63,973 bases of DNA from Selaginella moellendorffii (Eukaryota > Plantae > Lycopodiophyta). A model generated the notes under the pieces. It was not told the DNA's origin. It searched no databases and saw nothing but the letters and a program-made list of their open reading frames with translations. Positions 24,152-36,079 of this stretch are shown here, piece after piece. Position numbers and translations under genes: made by a program. The stretch's first letter is position 1. Each line of letters starts with the position of its first letter. The DNA lies in NCBI RefSeq assembly GCF_000143415.4, contig NW_003314280.1:987663-1051635 (forward strand), given 5' to 3'.

Positions 24152-24400
24152 TTACAAAGCTTGCAAGGATCTTCCCAGGTGAAAGATCGCTATCGCCGAG
24201 TTTAGGTCGCCGGATCTCACGGAAGGAGAGAGCGCCGCCAGCTCGTGGATCCGGCCAAAATGTTCCAGGATCGTGCTCCGGGAGATGACGCTGGGGAATC
24301 GAATGCCATCAAAGATAAGATCCAAATCCCCAGCTTTGGCCGCCGCCGCCCGCTGCGGTGGAGGAAACCACATCCAATTCAGGCATCCTGGCCAGGATCG
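24152..24400 (-). pseudogene. Degenerate PPR fragment
   Basis: AKAGDLDLIFDGIRFPSVISRSTIL and RSGDLNSAIAIF resemble S/P motifs. Confidence 0.45.
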
Positions 24401-24680
24401 AGCGCACACGAGAGAGATCTCTGCTGGCGAGGATCGAGAGTACACGAGAGAGAATCTCTGCTGCTGGCGAGGCAGGAGAGGAAGATTTGGCGCCAGGAGA
24501 AGGGATTCCTGGCGGAAGAGGGGGATGCTGGATTTGGATGAGGAGGTTGAGGAAGATGCCGTAGGTGGACATGAATCGCGATTGCAGCACCAAAAACAGA
24601 GTAGCATTTTGGCGGGATCTTCCTACACGAATATACCTGGAGATGGAAGATATATCAGAGCGAAAAAGGGAATTTTTTTT

Positions 24681-25126
24681 TCACGGGCATTTGGGCTTTC
24701 CCTTGTTGTTGAGGACGGCATGGTATGGGCACTCTTTCTTGCTCGCTTTTGGGCCATTTGGAACGCAAAAGCACTTGCTACAACATATGTTACACATCTT
24801 GTTGCACATCTCGGGCTCCCATGAGTTAGAGAGCATCGGTACTTGCAGTTTCCTCAACAGTCTGCGAAAGAGAAACAAAAACCCATCACTTATACTCGAT
24901 CCAACCAGCAAAAATAGAAGCTCGAAACTTAAGAAACAGTGAAAGATGTCTCACCGATTCCAGTCAAATCTCTGCTGCCAAGAACCACATTGCCATTCTG
25001 CCACACACAAAAAGAAAAAGAGATTCGTTAAAACACGATCCCGAAGAACTCAATCAGGCAATGCACCTCGGCAATCACAAAAATGAGCAGGACGAGAAAT
25101 GCTAGCCACTTCAAAGCCAGAGCCAT
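24681..25126 (-). pseudogene. GASA/Snakin gene, 3 exons, with premature stop and 2-bp frameshift
   Basis: Signal peptide exon, then DC*GNCKYRCS/(frameshift)..CNKMCNICCSKCFCVP..CPYHA..KPKCP. TGA at 24856-24854. TATAAAA upstream at ~25226-25220. Confidence 0.85.
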
Positions 25127-25600
25127 TTTGCTAGAACTCCTCGTTTCTACCACGAAGAACACACCTGAAGACTCTGCAAGAAGAAACAACGAATGCTCTA
25201 GTGGAAGAGAAGAGTGGCGTTTTATAAGTCAGGAATTGACCTCCCTGTGGAAGAATTGCGGCACCTTGTGAAGCTAACTGTATTAAATCTAAAGATTGTC
25301 TGTCTGCCAAGCCATTGCGATGGAAGGCTGCTCCATTTAGATATCTTTGCACAATATATCTATCTCGTATAGTCGCCTCTTTGTCTGCCAGATCCTGGAA
25401 AAGAAATAACTATGATCAAACTCTTTACCTTTTCTTCTTGGCTTAACTAATAAATGTGGGTTTACGAGAGCCTCAGCGCGAAGAGCGACCTGTTTTGAGC
25501 TTAGAGTAAGAATATTCTTGAATATTATCTACTGAAGAATATTCTTAAACAGGGCGACGAATATGCCTCCATAAACCCTAGATTGCGAGGGAAATGTTTG

Positions 25601-26575
25601 ATGCCTGGGACGCAATGGGCGAGGCGCGCGGCCAGGGAATGCTTGGCTCGAGCTCGATCGCCGCCGGCATCGCAACGGGGCGGAGGAGGAGGGCGGGCAA
25701 GCGCTGGCGAGGAGGTGAATCTTGTCGAGCAGCAGCGTGGCTTGATCGCCGCGCTCCAGGAATGCAAGCAGTCTAGGGATCTCCAGCGAGGTCGCAGGCT
25801 GCATTCTCAGGCGCTCGAGACCGGCGGCGGCCTTGTGCGTGGCATCTACGTCGCGACGACGCTGGTGGTTATGTATGCTCGATGCGGCAGCATGGAGGAA
25901 GCTCGGCAGGTTTTCGACGGGATGAAATCCAGGAATGTGGCGTCGTGGACGGCTTTGATCCTCGGCTATGTGGAGAATGGAAGAAGCGAGACTGGCTTGG
26001 AGCTGTTCGAGAGGATGGAGAGGGAAGGGTGTAGAGCCGATGCTCGGACTTTCGTGGCCGGGATCATGGCCTGTGGGAATCTGGCAGCCAAGGAAGGTGG
26101 TCAGGGGAATTCGTTGAGCAATGGAAGAGTTCTAGCAGGCAAAGAAGATGCTTCTTCTGGAAGAGTTCTAGCAGCCAGAGAAGATGGTTCTTCACGGGAA
26201 AAGTTTTGGCGGGATGAGAAAGATGTGAAGAAGAGGATCAAGTTACAAGCTCTGGAAAGAGGGAGAGAGATGCATCGACGAGCTGCCGAGGCTGGCTGCG
26301 AGATGAACTTGTTCGTGGCGAATACTCTGGTGGACATGTACTCGCGGTGTGGGAGCCTGGTCAATGCTCGAGCAGTGTTTGAGAGGATGCCGTGTCACAG
26401 CTTGGTCTCGTGGACGGCACTTATCCAGGGTTGTGTGGAGAATGGAGAAGAAGAGAGAGCGCTGGAGCTCTTTTCACGAATGCAAGAGTCGCGAGGAGGG
26501 TCTTTGCCGGATGCTCAAACGTTTGTGGCCGTTCTCGCGGCGTGTTCTGCTCTGGCAACGAAAGAGAAAGACATA

Positions 26576-26606
<31 letters not shown>

Positions 26607-28630
26607 AAGAGAGGAAAGCTTTTTTGAAAGAGAAGGCGCTGGAAACAGGACTGGTGCTTCATTCCGAGGCCGAGAAAGCTGGGGTCACCTCCAACATCTT
26701 TGTGGCAAACAAGCTTGTGGATATGTACTCCAAGTGTGGGAGTATGGAGGATGCGAGAAGAGTTTTTGACAGGATGGCCTTCCAAGACGTTGTGACTTGG
26801 ACGTCTCTCATCCTGGGATATGTAGAAAGCGGAGAAGCAGCATTGGGATTGGAACTCTTCGATCTCTTGGTGACATCTCAGCAAATTTTTCGAGATCCTC
26901 GGTTCTTCGTGGCTGGACTCATGGCCTGTGCTAGTTTGGTGGAGACGAGCAAGGCCGACTGCCTGGAAAAACTGGCTTTTATTCACTCTCAAGCTGGGAA
27001 GAGCGGGTGTGACTCGGATATGTTCGTGGCCAGCACTCTGGTGGATTTGTATGCCAAGTGTGGCAGCATTGGAAACGCTCGCGGGGTTTTCAATCGGATG
27101 CCTCAACGGGACGTGGTTTCCTGGACTTCTCTAGTTCTGGGATATGTGGAGAGAGGCCAGGGGGACATGGCTCTGATGCTTTTCTCGCTCATGCAACGTG
27201 AAGGTTGCGTTCCAGACGCTCGGACTTACGTCGCTGCCTTCATGGCTTGTGCGAGCCTGGCCGAGCATAAAGAAGAGTTACTAGATGGAAGAAAGGTCGA
27301 GGCTCTCCAGGAAGGAAAGCGTCTCCACTCGGAGGCTGTGAAGTGTGGCTTTCTCTCGGACAAGGTGGTGGCAAATTCCCTGGTAGACATGTACGCGCGC
27401 TGCGGAAGTATGGTGGAAGCTCGAAAAGTTTTCGACGAGATGCCGAGTCTAGACGTGGTTTCGTGGAATTCACTGCTGCTAGGATATGTTGTTAACGGGG
27501 AGAGTGAAGTGAGTTTGGAGCTGTTCGAGGAAATGCAACGCAAAGGCTGGGATCCGGACGCTCGGACTTTCGTTGCTGTTTTCAAGGCCTGCGGCAACCT
27601 GACATCCGAGAAGGAGGAATCGACGGCTGAGTGGCTCAAGCGAGGCAGTGCATTCCATCTTCAAGCTTCTCAGTGCGAGCTGGATTCTCACATCTTCGTG
27701 GCCAATAGTTTGATCGACATGTATGCCAAGTGTGGAAGCTTGGCCGACGCTCGAGCAGTCTTCGACAAAATGCCACTCCACGACTTGGTATCCTGGAACA
27801 CGCTGCTCTCCGGCTACGCAGACAATGGAGAGAGCGAGAAAGCTCTCGAAGTCTACAAGCTCATGCGCAAAGAGGAGAGCTCCTCGTGCCGGCCAGACGC
27901 TCGAACTTTTGTTCCACTCTTGAAGGCCTGCTCCAACACCGCAGCTCTGGAAACTGGGAGAGCCATCCACGGCGAAGCTGTGCGGTCGGGAGTGGAAAGC
28001 AGTCCATTCCTCGCAGCCTCTCTGGTGGATTTTTACGGCAAGTGTGGAGGAAACATGGCTCAGGCGGAGCAAGCCTTCGACGTGACTCCAACCAGGAACT
28101 TGACGCTGTGGAGCGCTCTCATGGCTGGCTATGGTCGACTTGGAGACACGAACCAGGTACTTGGGCTGTTCCAGACGCTCGAGAAGACAGGCTTGCGGCT
28201 GGACGGAGCTACGTTTTGCTCGCTTCTCACCGCGTGTAGCCATGCCGGGCTGGTCGACCGGGGAAGAGAAGTTTTCCTCGTGATGGCTTCCAAGTATGGT
28301 GTTACTCCTGGCGTGGAGCACTACCACTGCCTGGTGGATTTACTGGGACGAGCTGGGCTTGTTGAGGAAGCAGTGAGCGCCGTGAAAAAAATGCCGCTCG
28401 GGCCGAGCGTGGTGGCGTGGAAGACGGTGCTGGCTGCGGCTCGGAAGTGGCAGAAGGTGGAGATTGGAAAGATGGCGTTTCAAGCGTTGGCAGCGCTGGA
28501 GGTGGAGGTAGACGAGGATCAAGCTGGATCCACGTTTGCGTTGATGGCGAACATCTACGCTGGAGCTGAGATGTGGGAAGAACAGGCACAAGTTCTCAAG
28601 CAAAAGAAGAGCTTGTTCTTGGCAACTTAA
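25601..28630 (+). CDS. PLS-class PPR protein with E domain (organellar RNA editing factor type), intronless, ~1000 aa
   Basis: Repeated P-L-S triplets (LVDMYSKCG, VVSWT, PDARTF). C-terminal LTACSHAGLV, EHYHCLVDLLGRAG and E domain. No DYW. Confidence 0.92.
26578..26605 (+). repeat. (CAG)n microsatellite encoding poly-Ser in the PPR
   Basis: Direct reading. Confidence 0.95.
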
Positions 28631-31072
28631 GCTCTACTTCTTCCGAAACGCTGGAAGCATTAGCACAGGAGAAGCTACGAGCGAGTGCTCTGATTCTGGG
28701 GGCGCTCAAGGCATGCAGCAGCGCCAAGGATGGGAAGATCATCCATGGCAATGCCATCCAGTTTGGAGCGATTGCGAACCTTTACGTGGCCAGTGGTCTG
28801 GTTCATATGTACGCTCGATGCGGCAGCATGGTGGATTCGCAGCGGGTCTTCGATGGGATGGTCCAGCACGATGGGGTGTCGTGGAACTCGCTGATTCAAG
28901 GCTATGCCACCAATGGGGAAATGCCGAGAGCGTTGGGCATTTTGTCGCTGATGATCTGGGAGAGTGAGAAGAGTTCTTCCGTGATTCCGACACCTCGGAC
29001 CTTTGTCGCTGCACTCAAGGGGTGTAGCAAGTTGGCGGTGGAAGAAGATGGAAGGCTGGTCAATGGAAAGCTTGTCAAGGTTTCTTCGCTCCAGAAAGTT
29101 TCGGAGATTCACTTGGTGGCTGCGAAGTATGGAAGGACAGACTCGACAAGCGTTTTCGTTGGCAACTCGCTGGTGGATTTGTATGCCAAGTGTGGGAGCC
29201 TGGAGGATGCTCGTCGGGTGTTTGATCGGATGGATCATCGCGACAGGGTTTCATGGAACGTTTTGATGGCCGGATGTGCTTTTCACGGGGAGGAGGAGGC
29301 GAGTTTGGAGCTGTTCGAGCGGATGCTACTCCAGGGCTATGCAGCGAACTCTCGGAGCTTTGTCACGGCACTCAAGGCCTGCTCGAGTCTGGCAGAGAAG
29401 GAAGAAGCGATCAAGGGCTCACGGGATGGACAGTTTGTGAAGATTGTGGCTTTGGAGAAAGCTATGGCTATACACTCGCAGGCTGAGAGACTTGGCTTGG
29501 ATGTTTACATGGCCAGCGCAGTGATCAGTCTATATGCAAGGTGTGGAAGCATCGTGAACGGGCTAAAGGTTTTCGACAGGATGCTGTGCCGTGATCTCGT
29601 GATGTGGAACACGATGATTCTCGGGTGTGCCGAGAACCATGACGCGGAGCTCTCTTTGGAACTGTTCGAGGCGATGAGCAAGCATAGCTGTGAAGCTCCG
29701 AATGCTCGAACTTTAGTTGCGGTGCTCAAGGCATGCGTATATCTGGCCGAGAAAGAAGAAGAAGCGCAGGAGATTTGTGGGAAGAAGATTAGAGTCATGC
29801 TGCTCGAGAGAGGCGGCTTTGCATGCTCGAGCCAAGGCAACCATGGAACTCAATGGCTTTCTAGCTTGCGCTCTCGTCGAGCTGTACTCCAAAAGTGGGA
29901 GCTTGGTGGACAGTATGGCCGTGTTCGAAGCTATGGCGCATGATCCAGATGTTACGTTGTGGACTGCTTTGATCACCGGGTGTGCTGACAATGGGGAAGA
30001 AGATCTAGCTCTTGAGCTCTTCTCTCAGATGCAAAGTCATGGAGGTTGTGCACCGGACGCTCATAGTTTTGTAGCGGCAATAAGAGCTTGCGGGTCTAGC
30101 TTGGCAGCAGCGAAAGAATCCAGGGAGACGAAAGTGCTCGTGTGCATGGAGAGAGGCATGGCTCTCCACATCGAAGCTACGAAACAAGGATTTGTTTCGA
30201 ACAAGTTCCTGGCCAGCGCTCTAGTCGACATGTACGTGAGATGCTCGAGCATGGACGATGCTCGCAGGGTTTTTGCTGCGATCCAGCGTCCGGAGGTGGC
30301 AACTTGGAACACACTGCTTCTGGGATACGTAGAAAGCGGGCAAGGGGAGCTAGCTCTCGAGACTTACGAGCAAATGAAAGCTCGCGGTGGTCTGGAACCG
30401 AATGCTTCGACTCTTGGCCTCGCACTGAGGGCCTGTGGAGTGGCGAGAAGATTGGAAACTGGGAAGAGAGTCCATGGTGAGCTATGCAGGAGAGGCCTTG
30501 AAAGCGATGCTGTTCTAGCAACGTCGCTCATAGATTTCTACGCAAAGTTTGGCAGTCTAGACAACTCTCGCCAAGTGTTCGACTTGGTTTCTACAAGGGA
30601 CGTGATCACCTGGAACGCATTGATAGCAGGATGGAGCAGCCAGGGGAGCTACACGAATTCTCTTGCATTGTTCTACGCCATGCAAGACGAGGATCTAAGG
30701 CCCAGCAGTGTCACCTTCGTCTCGCTTCTCAACGCTTGCAGCCATGCCGGGATGGTTGAGAGGGCGAGGAAGATCTTTCGTGCAATGGAGGAGTCGTCCA
30801 AGTTTGCCGTGACGCCTGGTATCGAGCACTATGGCTGCATGATCGCTGTGCTTTGTCGAGCAAACCAGCTCGATGACGCAGTGGCTATGGTGCGAGGCAT
30901 GCCTGTGGAAGCCAATGCCGTGGCCTGGACGATCATTCTCAACGAGTGCTGGAAGCGGCAAAACTTGGTGGTGGGAGCGCTTGCATTCGACGCACTACAG
31001 AGAATGGGTTTTACCACATCCTCGGCTTTCACCTTGATGACCAGAACTGAAGGAGCTGGACAAAGTTTATAA
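28573..31072 (+). pseudogene. Second PLS-E PPR unit, frameshifted near 29814
   Basis: ORFs 28573-29943 and 29717-31072 are continuous PPR. GAG AGA GGC G GCT TTG CAT lacks 2 nt relative to the paralogous motif GAG AGA GGC ATG GCT at ~30150. Confidence 0.85.
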
Positions 31073-31589
31073 AGAGACTTCATCTATATCAAACACGTAC
31101 AAGCAAGCTAGCTGTTTAGCTGGCGAGCCGATCCACATCATCGTGCAGGCCCTGTTTGATAATCAAAGCTCGAGGTTTGCTTTGTATCTTTCCATTTGCT
31201 CGAGTAGAAATCTTATCTTGTAAGTTTTTTCTTGGCTTAATTTTCAATTTCTGGTCTTATAGACTCAGCAGCAAGCTGAAAGAAGAAAAGTCAAAGTGAA
31301 ACACTGAGCACGAGAATTTCAGTCAAGCTGTGTTTTTTATATATGTTTTGATCTTACAAGACAAAACAATGCAGGAGATATACTCTTGTTATTCTCAATT
31401 GTCAAAAAAAAAAAAAAAAAAGTGGAGTGCGTGCCTGATCCAAATTTTAGGCCTTCAAACAAGTTCCCTCCCGAGACCTTGATAAGAATGGCTACGAAAA
31501 TTAGTGTGTTGATTCTTGTTCTTCCTTTCTAACTAATTCATTTTCTTTGAATCGAATTGGATCAAGGGATTTCTTTTTACTATGCTTGA

Positions 31590-31920
31590 CACATATGTCA
31601 TGATTAGAGCACGCTTTCTCTCCTATGCTCGATCGAGTTCAATGCGTGGGTTGATCCGGGCTGAGTCTTCCATCCTGAAAAACTCTGGTCATGGCGTCGA
31701 TCGATGCTCAAACTAAAATCTGTTCGTTAATCGATGCAGCTCCTTATGCGGGATCTTAAGTCCTGGACGTCGATGATAGCCTCTTTTGCTTGCCAATGGA
31801 GATTCTCGCCGATCCAAGCATGGTCGCCTAGAATGCAATGCTAGCTGCGTATATTAGGAATAAGATTGTGTTACAGTCCGAGATGGAGGAAATTTCTACT
31901 GCCATGCCTGGATATTGCAA
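31590..31920 (+). pseudogene. PPR remnant
   Basis: MRDLKSWTSMIASFA and DPSMVA*NAMLAAYIR. Confidence 0.55.
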
Positions 31921-32240
31921 ACCAGAAAAGTCATAGTGGAACACCGTAAGCTGGTCCCGCGGTATTGACTCTATCGCAATTATTTTGTCAATCGTTTTTA
32001 CCAGTCTCCAGTCTAAAAGTAAAGAAATAACATCAAGAAAAACTCAGAAAAATCATTTAGAAATCACAGTATCTTTCTGAGTTCGTCTGAAATAAAATAC
32101 GCTCCTCTTAGTGTACATATTTATAGTCAAGGCTTAAAACAACCAGCAACCACCGTTCCTCTGTCTCTGAAACCACAAGGAGTCCAGAAATAATTTATGC
32201 GCATACAAGGTTATTGGATTGAACTCCAAGATCCATGACT

Positions 32241-32651
32241 TCAATTCTCTTCTTTAGACAGCTTGCTTATGTTCGAGGCAGCAAAAGACGCCTCCCAATT
32301 CTTTCCATCGAAGCACTTGACTTGGACGTCGCGCAGCGTGCCAGGATCCACACAATGCACAGTCACAGACACCCCGTCCGGATTGGAGCGCGGCTTATAG
32401 TAGGAGCAAATCCCACACACCTTGCAAAACAGATGCTTGGCCTGGTGCGTCCCAAACGTGTAGAGCGAGAGCCACTCCTCGGATCCGGGCTGAAGCCGAA
32501 ACCTGGCCTCAGGAACAATGAAACTCGTGTTCCTTCGCATGGCACAATTGGAGCAATCGCACTCCCACACAACAACGCTGGCCGGGGCATCCACCTCCCA
32601 CCGCACGCGACCGCAGTGGCAGCCGCCCTTGTGTGTCACAAGGCCCTCCAT
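32241..32651 (-). CDS. GFA / CENP-V domain protein (carbon-sulfur lyase-like), copy 1
   Basis: HKGGCHCG, CDCSNC, YTFGTHQAKHLFCKVCGI, PRSNPDG, FDGKNWE. Confidence 0.93.
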   Translation of the reverse strand: MEGLVTHKGGCHCGRVRWEVDAPASVVVWECDCSNCAMRRNTSFIVPEARFRLQPGSEEWLSLYTFGTHQAKHLFCKVCGICSYYKPRSNPDGVSVTVHCVDPGTLRDVQVKCFDGKNWEASFAASNISKLSKEEN

Positions 32652-33177
32652 CGCACAAACACAAGCTCACTAGATCACTGAATTCTCTATACCCGAGGAT
32701 AACGCTTTTACGGAATTTCCCAACTTTTGCAATAAAAGCCATCACAATCACACCTGATTCTAATGCTTAATTGTGAAAGCTCCTCATATAAATCCTACAT
32801 ACCTTCACATTTTAACAACACTTTGTGGTGCTTACTTGATTAAAGTGAGACCATTTGGAGGTCCCACTTAAAAAGCTGGTCCCGCAGTATTGACTCTATT
32901 GCAATTGTTTTGTCATTCGTTCTTACCAGTTTCCAGTCGAAAAGTAAGGAAATAACATCAAGAAAAACTCAGAAAAATCATTTAAAAATCACAGTATCTT
33001 TCTGAGTTCATCTGAAATAAAACACGCTCCTCTTAGTGTACATATTCAGAGTCAAGGCTTAAAACAACCAGCAACCACCGGTCCTCTGTCTCTCAAACCA
33101 CAAGGAGTCCAGAAATAATTTATGCGCATACAAAGTTATTGGATTGAACTAATGGCTAATGTCCAAGATCCATGACT

Positions 33178-33585
33178 TCAATTCTCTCCTTTAGACAGCT
33201 TGCTTGTGTCCGAGGCAGCAAAAGACGCGTCATTCTTTCCGTCGAAGCACTTGACTTGGACGTCGCGCAGCGTGCCAGGATCCACACAATGCACAGTCAC
33301 AGCCACCACGTCCGGATTGATGCGCGGCTTAAAGTAGGAGCAAATCCCACACACCTTGCAAAACAGATGCTTGGCCTGGTGCGTCCCAAACGTGTAGAGC
33401 GAGAGCCACTCCTCGGAGCCGGGCTGAAGCCGAAACCTGGCCTCGGGAACAATGAAATGCGTGTTCCTTCGCATGGCACAATTGGAGCAATTGCACTCCC
33501 ACACAACAACGCTGGCCGGGGCGTCCACCTCCCACCGCACGCGGCCGCAGTGGCAGCCGCCCTTGTGTGTCACAAGGCCCTCCAT
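33178..33585 (-). CDS. GFA / CENP-V domain protein, copy 2 (tandem duplicate)
   Basis: Same motifs. Duplicated unit 32873-33646 versus 31948-32704. Confidence 0.88.
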   Translation of the reverse strand: MEGLVTHKGGCHCGRVRWEVDAPASVVVWECNCSNCAMRRNTHFIVPEARFRLQPGSEEWLSLYTFGTHQAKHLFCKVCGICSYFKPRINPDVVAVTVHCVDPGTLRDVQVKCFDGKNDASFAASDTSKLSKGEN

Positions 33586-33711
33586 CGCTCTAGATCCACA
33601 AACACAAGCTCACTAGATCACTGAATTCTCTATACCTGAGGATAACGATGCCAAAATGAGAACAGTGTGTACCTATGGACTCTTTTTTTATCTTTAGTAT
33701 GATGACGCCGA

Positions 33712-33885
33712 CCTCGAATCGCGATGAGCAGTATGAGCTACGTCGGTACGATCGGCCTCGTCGAGGGCTCCGGTAGGGAGAGTAGCCAGGCGACGCTGAG
33801 CGTTCCCTTCTGCCACGAGAAGATGGGGAGTATCCCCTCCTTGAAGAATGCCTGTACTCGCTGCGTCTCCTTGAGTAGGCTGTCG
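33712..33885 (-). pseudogene. Arg/Ser-rich exon fragment (SR45a/SR-protein-like)
   Basis: YSRRRSEYRHSSRRGYSPSSRGRRERSASPGYSPYRSPRRGRSY, flanked by plausible splice sites. Confidence 0.55.
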
Positions 33886-34381
33886 AAATCAAACATGGAA
33901 GTCATCAAAGAGACGTAAGAAAAAAGGAAAGAAACAGAGGCTTGAGAAGCGAAGGAACTTACAGACTTCTCCTATGCAATGTGGCAATTTCTCAGAGAGG
34001 CCAAGTTTTTCAGGAACCCAGCTATCTGGGTTCAAATCCTGGCAATGGATGCAAGATTTTCCTTTTCTTTTCCATCTGATTCAATTCACCGCAGTTTCAA
34101 TTAGCATTCATGGCGTGGAACACCAAAACTCGTGCATGAGTGCTGTGTGGTGTGGATGTAAGAGCAACCTCAACAGCTTTGCAGCATGTCCAGGAGAGAG
34201 GATTTTTAACCCAATTTTCAGTACTGATTTCCTTTGAAATTATTCAGAGATGAAGTAGTTTCACAACACCCATTATGAAGCACCAAAACATTTGGAAGTG
34301 CTTTGTTACAATGTTCGCACCTACGGTGAGAATATATAAAGATAGAATTGCTTAACCCTGGCCCCCGTCATGTCTATCACG

Positions 34382-34465
34382 CGTTAAGTCGGTGCGTTTC
34401 ATGGCTGGATTTGACATTTCCATTCGTTAAGTCGGCGTGTTCCATGGCTGGATTTCGTTAAGTCA
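34382..34465. repeat. Short degenerate direct repeat (cgttaagtcgg..catggctggattt) x2 plus a partial third
   Basis: Direct reading. Confidence 0.7.
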
Positions 34466-35032
34466 CAGCGGCTTCGCTCCATCCATGGCAGCTTGTCGCT
34501 AAGTTCTTGAGCTAGAATAATGCACCATCTTTGTTAAAATGCAGAGAAACAGTCTGTATGTCTTGCTATTTAACTATTACTTATTGGAGTCTTCCACCAC
34601 GTAAGCGCTGAGATTTTCCATGATGTATATTTTAACATAGTGGATTGATATTGGAGCGAACAAGGAGTTGTTGGAACTTGGGCATTGCATCAGACCCATC
34701 TTGAAACACAAACCAAAGAGACTTTTTTATGAAGTCCAGATTTAAGAAAAGAATCAACGTGAATCCCCCACTAGATACAACAGTTTAGAAATCCTTTTTC
34801 ACCAGACCAAGCAGCATCCATATCTGGGTTTGCTTTCAAGGCCACCTCGCACAAAGCTCTTCTTCTTCTCGCAGAACTCCCTAGAACTTGCTCTGAGACA
34901 TCACTTTGAAGTGTTTGTAAAGCAGCTTTTCCTCACTCAATAACTTATATGGTGAGGACCATCATTTGCTTGGACATATACAACAGGCAATGTTATTGGT
35001 AGGTTTTCACTGCCAAACTGCTGAAGTTCATC

Positions 35033-35680
35033 GTGGGCACCTCGGTCACCGGCGTCACGGGCAGCACCTGGATGCCCAGCCGGACCTCCAGCCACTCGGG
35101 CGGACCGAACCAGAGAGCCGTGTCGCGCTTGTTGGCCCAGAGCACCCCGATCATCCGGTTGCGCGCCACAAACTCGGCCTCGTACAGCTCGCTGCCCAGC
35201 GGTACGCGACTGCACGGCGTGCGTCTCGAAGGCCACCAGCGTGACGCCGAGCTCGGCCAGCGCCGCGTCGTGGAAGGCGGAGCCCAGCAGCGACGCCGCA
35301 TAGTACGAGTTGACGGCCTCGCTGGTGCTCTCCTGGTTGCGGCCCTCGGCGAAGTTCTTGAGCCACGAGTGCATGAGCCAGTGGTGATCGTTGTACATTC
35401 CAAGGCCAAAGTCGGCACCACTGTTGGCAGCACCGTCGCTGCTCCCCACTGGCGATCGTAGCCAATGCTGTTACTCATGTTTAGATTGACAGCGTGGTTA
35501 CTGTCCAGCCACTGCGCGAGCGAGCTCCTCAAGGTGCCGGCAATCCTCCCTGTCAAGTCGGGCCTGGCCACCTCCTCGGCTATGAGCGCGAGCCGCGCAG
35601 CACGGGCAGCGGCCTTGCCGAAGAAGTACGTGGACGAGTTCACTATGACGCCCGGGAGGTCATATAAGGCATACAAGGCC
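35033..35680 (-). pseudogene. GH81 endo-1,3(4)-beta-glucanase fragment with internal deletions
   Basis: STYFFGKAAARAARLALIAEEV, YDRQWG, ADFGLGMYNDHH, HSW, GRNQESTSEAVN, GVLWANKRD..WF, LGIQVLP. Confidence 0.9.
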
Positions 35681-36079
35681 ATCTGGAGTGGCAGAGGTGA
35701 TGGCATGATCAAGTACGTGATAGGGACTCCTAGTTTTGTCAAGAGCGTTAGTAACCACTGCAGTTGGTTATCTTTATTACAAAGCATCAATGCTATGGAG
35801 ATGGCTTAAACTCAAGACACTCAGTGTCACTAAATAAAAGTTCTAAAGCAAACTGGAGCTGATATATTATTTTTCTTTTTGTTTTCTTCTGGGTGGGAAG
35901 AAATAAGAAGAAAAGATGGAGACTTTGTGCATTTATGCAAATTGGAAATCTCAACAGATGGCATGTTGTGGAATGGAAAGTAATATTGCATTCAACCATT
36001 TTGTTTAAGGATTTGAGTCAATTCTTTTGAACCTGAATTTCTTTTTATCTGTAAGAGTCTTAACCATGTTGGTTTCACC

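Noticed and set aside
34382-34465. CRISPR-like repeat-spacer pattern
   Set aside because: Only 2-3 degenerate units, irregular spacing, eukaryotic context and no cas genes.
35828-35840. CACTAAATAAAAG as left terminus of the CACTA element
   Set aside because: Poor TIR match and flanking 3-mers (TGT versus GGC) do not form a TSD.
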